From: Paraspadella gotoi
Lineage: Eukaryota > Animalia > Chaetognatha
Assembly (NCBI GenBank): GCA_051294375.1
Contig: JBJCIZ010000369.1
Span: 10,190-29,069 of the forward strand
Length of the DNA: 18,880 bases
Reading direction: 5' to 3'
The notes beneath the pieces are model-generated. The model was not told the origin of the DNA, made no database searches, and worked only from the letters and a program-made list of their open reading frames with translations. Position numbers and translations under genes: made by a program. Of the stretch, positions 1 to 10,067 are shown one piece after another (the first letter of the stretch is position 1; each line of letters opens with the position of its first letter).

Positions 1-35
1 AAAAAATCGCAAGGTGAAGGAAAGAGGAAAGAGTT

Positions 36-294
36 ATGGAAAGAAGGAAATCAACATATCTTACTCCGCCTTACCTGGCGGGTAAGACAAGAAGAAGCTG
101 GACAAGGTCGAATCAAATATTGATTACCTCCATATTTCTACTCGCCAACCCAGCAAAGGTCATCAGCGAATTGGTCCAAGTTTATAATTGCAACCTGACC
201 AACGACCATGACACAACCTTGCTGGATCCTCAACACTGCGACTCAGCCAAACCACCGCCAGCAAAGATCGTAAAGGGCGAATTGATCTTTTTGC
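36..294 (+). pseudogene. env: env-like glycoprotein, 5' fragment (variant 1), cut by 100-N gap
   Basis: NQILITSIFLLANPAKVIS hydrophobic leader then VQVYNCNLT...QHC...GELIFL; near-copy of 2519-2777 and of inverted 2925-3183. Confidence 0.7.
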
Positions 295-394
295 NNNNNN
301 NNNNNNNNNNNNNNNNNNNNNNNNNNNNNNNNNNNNNNNNNNNNNNNNNNNNNNNNNNNNNNNNNNNNNNNNNNNNNNNNNNNNNNNNNNNNNN

Positions 395-1800
395 CCCTAC
401 CAATGAGGTAATCGAAAAATTCCCCATTAATTGGTCAGGAGCAGAAGAAGAAGTAATTATCGACAGCGCCATGGAAGCAAATATTGACGTCACTCCAAGA
501 GAAGTTGAAGATGAAATCAAAAATCCGCACAAAAAGACCTTCTCATTAATCTCAATGGCGCAAGAAGTAAAGAAGTGGCAACAGGCAAATCTTTCCAAAA
601 CGTAATAATTGAAATAAAAAAAGGGAACAAAAAAAAAGCAAAGATCCTCCTCGAAAGAAAGAAAGAAAAAGGAAAAAACGCCGCCAAGAGATATCTCTCA
701 AATTGCCTGGATGATCTCGAGGTCACCCCAGGCGATATTCTTATTATTAAAGGTTTCAAAGGTGACACGCCCACACACANNNNNNNNNNNNNNNNNNNNN
801 NNNNNNNNNNNNNNNNNNNNNTATTTCGGACACCCCGGACGAGACAGGACAGCTTTCATCATGGCCCAATACATCTCAGCACCCGGATTAACAACCGCAG
901 CAACGAAGGTGGTAAGAAACTGCAATAATAGCGCCATGGCCACTGATGAACAAAAGAACAATGAGACGCCGCCAACGTCAAATCTCGCCATCTCACCATG
1001 GGAATCCTTATGCATCGACGTGATGCATCTCCCGACCGTTTTCGGTTATAAATACGCTCTCATCGCATCAGACAATGCATCTGCGTATACATGGGCAATC
1101 CCACTCAAACGAGCCGACGGATCCTACCTCGAAGTTAATTTCGATGGCGCTACTCCAGTTAAACGGTTCAACGATGAAATCAATCCTAAATCTGCTAGAC
1201 ATTGTTGGCCGAAAAGTCTTTAGTGGGAAGAAAAAACAGCAATAGAGCTGACAAGAGATATGGAAGCGATCAGGCAGGCCTTACGCAAAGCCATAGAGGA
1301 CCAACCAAGAAACTGGCTCGGACTACTCCCACAAGTTAATGTTATTGTTTAACGCCACGCCGCATTGTCGGTTGAAAACCGACATGTCCCCTCAATGAAA
1401 TCCAATTTGGACACAGACCAAGGATCGTCGAAAGTGCCGACGATTATACAAAAGGTCACTTGTTGAGTACGTAAAGACACAGGGCAGACAAAGCGCGAGA
1501 AAGCCGAGAAAAAAGCTAACCGAGCAAAGACAAAACCTCTTCAAGCAGAGTTCGAGGCGAAATCCTTATAAGAAAACCAAGGAAAATCAAGGTCGGTGAC
1601 CTTGTTGTTGGTAAGGCGCGATCTCAGATAACCACAGGCGCAACCCTCACCGAAAACAAGGTCAAGCGTATTTACACAGGCCCTCACAAAGTTATTCAAG
1701 AAGATGGAAATCACTACGTCATAAACATTAATGGTTCAAAGGTCCAAATATCACAAGACGACGCTTAAAGCTCTACCCTACCCGCCGAGCGAGGACTTAA
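395..1800 (+). pseudogene. pol: pol C-terminal part: linker + integrase, frameshifted in this assembly
   Basis: FGHPGRDRT...NCNNS (Zn finger; NCKYC in inverted copy), PWESLCIDVMHLP..GYKYALIASD..SAYTWAIPLK, NFDG, IRQALRK..PRNWLGLLPQV..NATPH, VGDL and YTGPHKV (GPY/F-like), read across frameshifts. Confidence 0.9.
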
Positions 1801-2080
1801 TCGAATAACAACAACAACAACGAATTACGCAGCCGTAGCAAAAAAAAAAAAAAAAAAAACTTTTCGTCGAAATCAAAACGAAGGCAAATCAAATCAAAAT
1901 TCAAAATAAACTAAACATTATAAAATACAAACATTAGCTTATCATCGTATCATCTCCCTAAATCCTCAACAAAACAAAAAAAAAAAAAAATAATAATAGT
2001 AATATTATTATTTATCATTATCATTTTCGATACTCCGATACCCTCTTATCTCTCATCTCTCAGTCACGAGGCATAATAGA

Positions 2081-2287
2081 AACAAAAGCCACGAGAAACT
2101 GGCTTCCAAAAGGAAAAACGACGCTCACGAGAGAAAACAAAACAAAAGCCACGAGAAACTGGCTTCCAAAAGAAAAACGACGCTCACGGAGAGAAACAAA
2201 AACAAAAAGCCACGAGAAACTGGCTTCCAAAAGAAAAAACGACCTAGAAACTGGCTTCCAAAAAAAAAGAGAAACGACTCTCACGAG
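2081..2287 (+). repeat. ~60-bp tandem repeat (about 3.5 units) between pol and env; mirrored at ~3420-3625
   Basis: Unit AACAAAAGCCACGAGAAACTGGCTTCCAAAAG(G)AAAAACGACGCTCACG at 2081, 2141, 2201, plus partial unit at 2246. Confidence 0.92.
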
Positions 2288-2362
2288 CCAATCAGAGACA
2301 AGGAAACAAAAAAACGAAAATTTACCTTATAACCGGCCGCTCCGACCAAAACCTTAAATAAA
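2288..2362 (+). promoter_or_regulatory. putative internal promoter upstream of env (CCAAT + TATA-like box)
   Basis: CCAATCAG at 2288; TTAAATAAAA at 2354, read as CTTATAAAAAA in the inverted copy (~3346-3356); spacing similar to that in the LTR. Confidence 0.4.
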
Positions 2363-2518
2363 ACGCCAAGACCAAAGATAAGACGATCACAAATCAACTC
2401 GCCTCAAAGAAGCTCAAGACCTAACTCCCTTTTCCGAATCCTCACCCACGCGATTAATTCAAAAAATTGTCATTCTAAAAAGATCGTCAAAAAAAATCGC
2501 AAGGTGAAGGAAAGAGTT

Positions 2519-2846
2519 ATGGAAAGAAGGAGATCAACATATCTTACTCCACCTTACCTGGCGGGTAAGACAAGAAGAAGCATGACAAGGCCGAATCAAG
2601 CATTGATTACCTCCGTACTTCTACTCGCTAACTCAGCAAAGGTCATTAGCGAATTGGTCCAGGTTTATAATTGCAACCTGACCAACAACCATGACACAAC
2701 CTTGCTGGACCCTCAACACTGCGACTCAGCCAAACCATCGCCAGCAAAGATCGTAATGGGCGAATTGATTTTTTTGCCCGAAAAGTCACAACACGATGGA
2801 AAGGGCTGCGATATAATCATAACAGCAAAGGGAAGTGTTTGTGGAT
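2519..2846 (+). CDS. env: env-like glycoprotein N-terminus (variant 2), interrupted at the fold-back
   Basis: Open frame; MTRPNQALITSVLLLANSAKVIS (ATG 2582) signal-peptide-like; YNC(NLT sequon)...C...GCDIIITAKGSVCG. Confidence 0.75.
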
Positions 2847-2857
2847 TGATTGACCCC

Positions 2858-3183
2858 ATCCACAAACACTTCCCTTTGATGGATTATATCGCACCCTTTT
2901 CCATCGTGTTGTACTTTTGCGGGCAAAAAGATCAATTCGCCCTTTACGCGATCTTTGCTGGCGGTGGTTTGGCTGAGTCGCAGTGTTAGAGGATCCAGCA
3001 AGGTTGTGTCATGGTCGTTGGTCAGGTTGCAATTATAAACTGGACCAATTCGCTGATGACCTTTGCTGGGTTGGCGAGTAGAAATATGGAGGTAATCAAT
3101 ATTTGATCGACCTTGTCCACTTCTTCTTGTCTTACCCGCCAGGTAAGGCGGAGTAAGATATATGTTGATTTCCTTCTTTCCAT
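2858..3183 (-). pseudogene. env: inverted copy of env 5' fragment (variant 1)
   Basis: Reverse complement carries the diagnostic bases of 1-294 (e.g. GGAAAGAGGAAAGAGTTATG); indel-rich. Confidence 0.8.
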
Positions 3184-3921
3184 AACTCTTTCCTCTTTCC
3201 TTCACCTTGCGATTTTTTTGACGATCTTTTTAGAATGACAATCTTTGAATTAATCGCGTGGGTGAGATTCGGAAAAGGAGTTAGGTCTTGAGCTTTTTTA
3301 TCTTTGAGGTGATTGATTTGTGATCGACTTGTCTTTGGTCTTGGCTTTTTTATAAGTTTTGGTCGGATCGGCGGTAAAGGGAAAATTTCGTTTTTTTTGT
3401 TTCCTTGTCTCTGATTGGCTCGTGAGAGTCGTTTCTCTTTTTTTTTTGGAAGCCAGTTTCTAGCCGTCGTTTTTTCTTTTGGAAGCCAGTTTCTCGTGGC
3501 TTTTGTTTTTGTTTTCTCTCCGTGAGCGTCGGTTTTTCTTTTGGAAGCCAGTTTCTCTGTGGCTTTTGTTTGGTTCTCTCGGAGCGTCGTTTTTCCTTTT
3601 GGAAGCCAGTTTCTCGTGGCTTTGTTTTCTATTATGCCTCGTGACTGAGAGATGAGAGAATGAGGTATCGGAGTATCGAAATGATAATGATAAATAATAA
3701 TATTAACTATTATTTTTTTTTTTTTTTTTTTTTTTGTTGTGAGGATTTAGGGAGTGATACGATGATAAGCTAATGTTTGTATTTTATAATGTTTAGTTTA
3801 TTTTGAATTTTGATTTGATTTGCCTTCGTTTTGATTTCGACGAAAAAGTTTTTTTTTTTTTTTTTGTTTTTTTTTTTTTTTTGCTACGGCTGCGTATATC
3901 GTTTGTTGTTGTTGTTATCGA

Positions 3922-5225
3922 TTAAGTCCTCGCTCCGGCGTAGGGTAGAGCTTTAAGCGTCGTCTTGTGATATTTGGACCTTGACCATTAATGTTTATGA
4001 CGTAGTGATTTCCATCTTCTTGAATAACTTTGTGAGGGCCTGTGTATAATACGCTTGACCTTGTTTTCGGTGAGGGTTGCGCCTGTGGTTAATGAGATCG
4101 CGCCTTACCAAACAAGGTCACCGACCTTGATTTTCCTTGGTTTTCTTATAAGGATTCGCCTCGAACTCTGCTTGAAGAGGTTTTGTCTTTGCTCGGTTAG
4201 CTTTTTTTTCTTCCGGCTTTCTCGGCGCTTGTCTGCCCTGTTGTCTTAACGTACTCAACAAGTGACCTTTTTGTATAATCGTCGGCACTTTCGACGATCC
4301 TTGGTCTGTGTCCAAATTGGATTTCATGAGGGAACATGTCGGTTTTCCAACGACCAATGGGCGTGGCGTTTAACAATAAACATTAACTGTGGGAGTAGTC
4401 CGAGCCAGTTTCTTGGTTGGTCCTTATGGCTTTGCGAAGGCCTGCCTGATCCTTCCATATCTCTTTCAGCTCTTATTGCTGTTTTTTCTTCCCACTAAAG
4501 ACTTTTCGGCCAACAATGTCTAGCAGATTTAGGATTGATTTCATCGTTGAACCGTTTAACTGAGTAAGCGAGCCATCGAAATTAACTTCGAGGTAGGTCC
4601 GTTGGCGAAGAAAGATTGTTTTCGTCTAATGCTTTTGACGACCAACTATCGGCATCAGCTCGTTTGAGCGGGATTGCCCATGTATACCGCAGATGCAATT
4701 GTCTGATGCGAATGAGAGGCGTTATATTATAACCAGAAACAGTCGGGTCGGGAGATGCATCACGTCGATGCATAAGGATTCCCATGGTGAGATGGGCGAG
4801 ATTTGACGTTGGCCGCGTCTCATTGTTCTTTGTCGTATCCAGTGCCGGCATGGCACAATATTTTGCAGTTTTACTAACCATTTGCTGCTGCGGTTGGGTT
4901 TAATCGGGTGCTGAGATGTATTGGGCCGTGAATGAAAGCTGTTCTCTCTCGTCCAGGGTGTCCGAAATAAATTATGCAAGCGTTTCGTTAATCATCTCGG
5001 CCTTTTCAGGAGGAACTACGAATCTGTGTGTGGGGCGTGTCACACTTTGAACCTTTTAATAATAAGGAATGTCGTCTGGGGTGACCTCGAGATCATACAA
5101 GGCAATATTTGAGAGATATCTCTCGGCGGCGTTTTTTCCTTTTCTTTACTTTCTTTCTTGAGGAGGAATCTTTGCTTTTTCTTTGTTTCCTCTTTTTTTT
5201 TGAAAATTTATTTAATTACGTTTGT
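3922..5225 (-). pseudogene. pol: inverted copy of integrase region
   Basis: Minus strand gives HRFVVPPEKAEMINETLHNLFGHP, CKYC, PWESLCIDVMHLP and AERDME across many indels. Confidence 0.88.
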
Positions 5226-5322
5226 AGAAAAGATTCATTTTGCCCTTTGGAGCGCGCGCCGTATTGACACACTTTCGATTCTCTATTTACTTTAGTGNNN
5301 NNNNNNNNNNNNNNNNNNNNNN

Positions 5323-6671
5323 TCTAAAGTCGTGGACCTTTGCTTGGTAATTATGGTGCTGGTTGAGGAAAATCCTGGATTCTTAAAAATGGGTCTGTCT
5401 TGTGGTGATGAGGCTTTTGGATTTTGGGATGTTGGAGGAGATTTCCGTGTAATTGTGAATAATGTTGCCTGAACCTTGTTTTTATGTACCGAGTTGCATA
5501 TAAATAAGCGGTGGATCGCAATTTGTTTGCATTGAGCTTTCCACGAGGTGATGATAGATGGCATGGACGATAGGACGTCCTTGCTCTCTGAATTTCACGG
5601 GAGAATCTTTGTAACAAGCTTTCGTTTTTCGTGTATTTGCTAGTGTGGGTCACACTTGGCTGTTACTAACAGTCGCCGCGGAAAGTGCGATCGTGCCTCT
5701 TTCGATGAAAGCGATGGATGAAGGGTCGGCCTGCGCTTTTTGAAGCGATGGCTCTTGCTTCTTCTAACTTTTATTTTGCATATTTCTTTTCGTAATGCTT
5801 AGTTAGCGCTTCGAGTTCTTCGTGGTTCTTTCTTACCAAGCTCGAGAATTTTTGGCCAATTGAGAGAATAAGCTCCTCGTCCTTTGGCAGGTCAGGTGTT
5901 ACGTCGCTGGTGAGTAAAAAATGAGGAGATGAGGTTCTCTGAGCATCCATTCCGCATTTGGGCATTTCATGAGTGTCGCCCAAAAACGATAGGGCGAATG
6001 GTGGATTCATTTCTGAGTCGCAGATTGGCGAGCATTTTCATAATCGTCCTTGGGGACAGTGTCGAATTGAAAGTCATGTAAGACGAAGCTCCTCCAGCAT
6101 TGTCCGAAACCCAAATTAATTAATTGTTTGTTTTGGCTGCAGGTAGTTTTTCCGCGTCGTTGGGTGCATTTCTTTAGCGCCCTTTCTCTGTCTTTAGGAC
6201 AAGCGATCTTATGGAAACCGTCTTCCGTTGTTTGACTGGGCCAGCCGAATGCTCTCCTGGCCCTCTGCAAGCCTTTTCTTCCCAAGCAAGTATGCGCCTG
6301 GTTAAGGTGCATTCTTGTGCGATCTTTGTTGCAATGAGTTTTCAACGCAGTTCTTTCAGTGCTTGCAACATCGATCTTTTGTTTGTAGAGGGTGACGTTG
6401 ATGATGACTACCGCCCTCTCTCCGTCGTAGATGAGATCGGGAATAATATTTTTCGCCTGAACAATAACCATCTGCGTCTGTGGTGCCTACGACGACCTTG
6501 TGGAGCGTGGTTCCTAGTTTCAAACTAGGCAAAGGGATCGCCCGCATGACGGCACCTTTGTCGCGATCTTTATTTGCGCCTCTTCCAATGTCACTCGGAT
6601 GCCTTTATGCATATTAAGGCATTTTTCTCGTGTCGTCGTAAAATAATCAACAGGCCGTCGAGGTTTGGGTA
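5323..6671 (-). pseudogene. env: inverted copy of env central/3' ectodomain (left arm of fold-back 2, centre ~6678)
   Basis: Reverse complement of ~6686-7923 and ~7924-9243; centre GTCGAGGTTTGGGTA, 14-nt spacer, TACCCAAACCTCGAC. Confidence 0.88.
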
Positions 6672-7923
6672 TTGGATGGACCACCTACCCAAACCTCGAC
6701 GCTGTTGATTATTTTACGACGACACAAGAAAAATGCCTTACTATGCATAAAGGCATCCGAGTGACATTGGAAAAGGCGCCAATAAAGATCGCAGACAAAG
6801 GTGGCGTCATGCAGGCGATCCCTTTGCCCAGTTTGAAGCTAGGAACCACGCTCCACAAGGTCGTCATAGGCACCACAGACGCAGATGGTTATTGTTCAGG
6901 CGAAAAATTATTATTCCACGATTTCATCTACGACTGAGAGAGGGCGGAAGTCATCATCAACGTCACCCTCTACAAACAAAAGATCGATGTTGCAAGCACT
7001 GAAGAACTGCCGTTAAAAACTCATTGCAATAAAATTGCACAAGAATGCACTTACCCAGGCGGCATCCTTGTTTGAAAGAAAAGGCTTGCAGAGCCAGGAG
7101 AGCATTCGCTGGCCAGTCAAACGAACGAAAGACGGCTTCATAAGATCGCTTGGTCCTAAAGACAGAGAAAGGGCGCTAAAGAACTGCAAACCCAAGACGC
7201 GGGAAACTACCCCTGCAGCCAACGCAAAGAAATTAATTTGGGTTTGGACAATGCTGGAGAGCTTGTCTACAGACTTCAAGTTCGACACTGTCCCGAGGAC
7301 AACTACGAAAGATGCTCGCCAATCTGCGATTCAGAAATGAGTCCACACAATTCGCCCTACGTTTATTGGGCGACACTCATGAAATGCCCAAATGTGGAAT
7401 GGATGCTCAGAGAACCTCATCTCCTCATTTTTACTACACGTCAGCGATTGTAAACACCTGACCTGCCAAGGGACGAGAGCTTATTCTCTCAATCAGCCGA
7501 AAATTCTCGAGCTTGGTAGGAAGAACCACGAAGAACTCGAAGCGCTAAGACATTACGAAAAGAAATATGCAAAATAAAAGTAGAAGAAGCAAGAGCCATC
7601 GCTACAAAAGCACACGCCGATCCTTCATCCATCGCTTTCATCGAAAGAGGTACGATCGCACTTCTCCGCGGCAAACTGTTAGTAACAGCCAAGTGTGACC
7701 TCACACTAGCACATACGCGAAAAACGAAAGCTTGTTACAAAGATCTCCCCGTGAAATTCAGAGGCAAGGACGTCTATCGACATGCCATCTATCATCACCT
7801 CGTGGAAAGCTCAATGCGAACAAGTTGCGATCCATCGCCCATTTATATGCAACTGGGTACATACAAAACAAGGTCAGGCGACAACATTTACAATTACACG
7901 GAAATCTCCTCCAACATCCCAGA
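6672..7923 (+). pseudogene. env: env ectodomain, central part (tandem copy 1), frameshifted
   Basis: GWTTYPNL..QEKCLTMH..VVIGTTDADGYCSG..INVTLY..; RGTIALLRGKLLVTAKC..DLPVKF; Cys-rich with NVT/NES/NYT sequons. Confidence 0.75.
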
Positions 7924-9287
7924 AGACACAAAAAAATGCCTTACTATGCATAAAGGCATCCGAGTGACATTGGAAAGGCGCCAATAAAGATCGCAGACAA
8001 AGGTGGCGTCATGCGGTCGAATCCCTTTGCCCTAGTTTGAAACTAGGAACCACGCTCCACAAGGTCGTCGTAGGCACCACAGACGCAGACTGGTTATTGT
8101 TCAGTGCGACAAAATTATTATTCCACGATTTCATCTACGACGGAGAGAGGGCGGAAGTCATCATCAAACGTCACCCTCTACAAACAAAAAGATCGATGTT
8201 GCAAGCACTGAAGAACTGCCGTTAAAAACTCATTGCAATAAAATTGCACAAGAATGCACTTACCCAGGCGGCATCCTTGTTTGGGAAGAAAAGGCTTGCA
8301 GAGCCAGGAGAGCATTCGCTGGCCCGTCAAACAAACGGAAGACGGCTTCATAAGATCGCTTGGTCCTAAAGACAGAGAAAGGGCGCTAAAGAACTGGCAC
8401 CCCAAGACCGACGGAAACTACCCCTCGCAGCCAAAGCAAAGAAATTAATTTGGGTTTCGGACAATGCTGGAGAGCTTGTTACATGACTTCAAGATTCGAC
8501 AGCTGTCCCCGAGGACAACTACGAAAGATGCTCGCCAATCTGCGATTCAGAAATGAGTCCACCAATTCGCCCTACGTTTATTGGGCGAACACTCATGAAT
8601 GCCCAAATGCGGAATGGATGCTCAGAGAACCTCATCTCCCATTTTTACTACACCAGCGACGTAACACCTGACCTGCCAAGGGACGAGGAGCTTATTCCTC
8701 TCAATCAGCCGGAAAAATTCTCGGAGCTTGGTAGGAAGAACCACGAAGAACTCGAAGCGCTAAGACAATTACGAAAAGAAATATGCAAAATAAAAGTAGA
8801 AGAAGCAAGAGCCATCGCTACAAAGCACACGCCGACCTTCATCCATCGCTTTCATCGAAAGAGGCACGATCGCACTTCTCACGCGGCAAACTGTTAGTAA
8901 CAGCCAAGTGTGACCTCACACTAGCAGCATACGCGAAAAACGAAAGCTTGTACAAAGATCTCCCCGTGAAATTCAGTAGGCAGAGGACGTCTATCGTCAT
9001 GCCAATCTATCATCACCTCGTGGAAAGCTCAATGCAAACAAGTTGCGTATCCACCGCCCCTTTTATATGCAACTGGGTACATACAAAACAAGGTCAGGCG
9101 ACAACATTTTACAATTACACGGAAATCTCCTCCAACATCCCAGAATCCAAAAGCCTCATCACCACAGAAACAGACCCATTTTTAAGGATCCAGGATTTCC
9201 TCAACCAGCACCACAATTACCAAGCAAAGGTCCAAGACTTTAGCAATAACATGGACAATTACAGACATGGATCCATCTTACTCCAGC
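7924..9287 (+). pseudogene. env: env ectodomain (tandem copy 2, ~1.2-kb direct duplication of ~6720-7923) continuing to the gap
   Basis: Restarts at GACACAAAAAAATGCCTTACTATGC (compare 6721); CCAACATCCCAGA recurs at ~9132-9144, then continues TDPFLRIQDFLNQHHNY. Confidence 0.8.
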
Positions 9288-9312
9288 NNNNNNNNNNNNN
9301 NNNNNNNNNNNN

Positions 9313-9510
9313 ATGAAAAAGCTCTTCGGAAAAATGCCAGAATGGGACTGGCTACCTGACGCTAAAAATCTCATCCCAATACTAATCATCATCTTAATAA
9401 TCACGGTGTTGATTTTCCTCGCCTGCTTGATCTGTCACCGAAGACGCCGGCCCATGGAATCCCAGCTAGAATCTGAAAGACAAGTCTTCGGACTTCGCAC
9501 GGTCAACTGA
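9313..9510 (+). CDS. env: env C-terminus: aromatic membrane-proximal region, TM helix, short cytoplasmic tail
   Basis: FGKMPEWDWLP, LIPILIIILIITVLIFLACLIC, HRRRR stop-transfer; TGA at 9510 lies 16 nt before the polypurine tract. Confidence 0.8.
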   Translation: MKKLFGKMPEWDWLPDAKNLIPILIIILIITVLIFLACLICHRRRRPMESQLESERQVFGLRTVN

Positions 9511-9526
9511 CCCTTCCCGCGCTCAT

Positions 9527-9540
9527 AGGGGAGGAGGGAA
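9527..9540 (+). promoter_or_regulatory. polypurine tract (plus-strand primer)
   Basis: AGGGGAGGAGGGAA directly after env stop and before LTR-like segment. Confidence 0.8.
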
Positions 9541-9865
9541 GTCACATCACAGGATAACAAATCCTACCCAAAGTAGAAACGGATCGGAGGATCGGGAAAT
9601 CTCTGCCGATATGGAATCGCCGAATCAATATTGGTCAAGACGGAATCGGCCTCGACCAATCAGCTTGCAGAAACAATGAAATTGTAAAAATAGCCCATGC
9701 CTCTGATCCTCTTCTCCAGATATAAATAGACCTAGCTTTCTTTAGTTTCAGTAGAATTGATCTGACTCCTGTGTGTGTCTCACCGTCATTGTATTATTCT
9801 CAGAATAAATCCCGTTTCGATTTCGACCATAGAAATCCATGAGTTTTTCCTTCGATATTATACCA
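9540..9865 (+). repeat. putative 3' LTR (right end uncertain)
   Basis: Follows PPT; CCAAT 9656, TATAAATA 9721, AATAAA 9804, candidate terminal CA at 9864-9865. No second LTR in window to confirm. Confidence 0.65.
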
Positions 9866-10067
9866 GCCAAAGTAGAATAATGGCAATATTGTTAATATTA
9901 AGATTCAAAAAAATCCTACCATAAATATACAAAATATTAACCAAAATCTTCGGAAAATCCACCCCTTCTTTGAAAGATTTTTGCCATAGAAGATTTTTCT
10001 CAAATCTGACTCCTGATTGAAAACTCTTAGAATTACGATCATTAGCTCCTCTTTTACTTTAAATAAA

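Larger units (their letters stand above)
600..5225. repeat. ~2.3-kb-arm inverted repeat (fold-back 1), centre ~2852
   Basis: CAAAGGGAAGTGTTTGTGGAT ending 2846, 11-nt spacer TGATTGACCCC, then ATCCACAAACACTTCCCTTTG from 2858; arms stay alignable out to ~600 and ~5225. Confidence 0.95.
1..9865 (+). mobile_element. Ty3/Gypsy-type LTR retroelement with env-like gene; 3' half only, as redundant, partly inverted fragments
   Basis: Reconstructed order is integrase, intergenic region, glycoprotein ORF, polypurine tract, LTR-like segment. Integrase motifs are Gypsy-style. No RT/RNase H/protease core seen. Right boundary approximate. Confidence 0.88.

Noticed and set aside
36-605. Single 189-aa ORF
   Set aside because: Artificial fusion of env 5' and pol linker across a 100-N gap.
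2847-2989. C-terminal part of the 161-aa ORF 2504-2989
   Set aside because: Read-through into the inverted arm; antisense of env.
5226-5297. Unique sequence between the inverted arm and the gap
   Set aside because: Looks like a degrading read end next to a 25-N gap.
395-9287. Programmed frameshifts or ancient pseudogene decay
   Set aside because: Indels differ between redundant copies and cluster in short runs, consistent with long-read error; true coding status cannot be judged.
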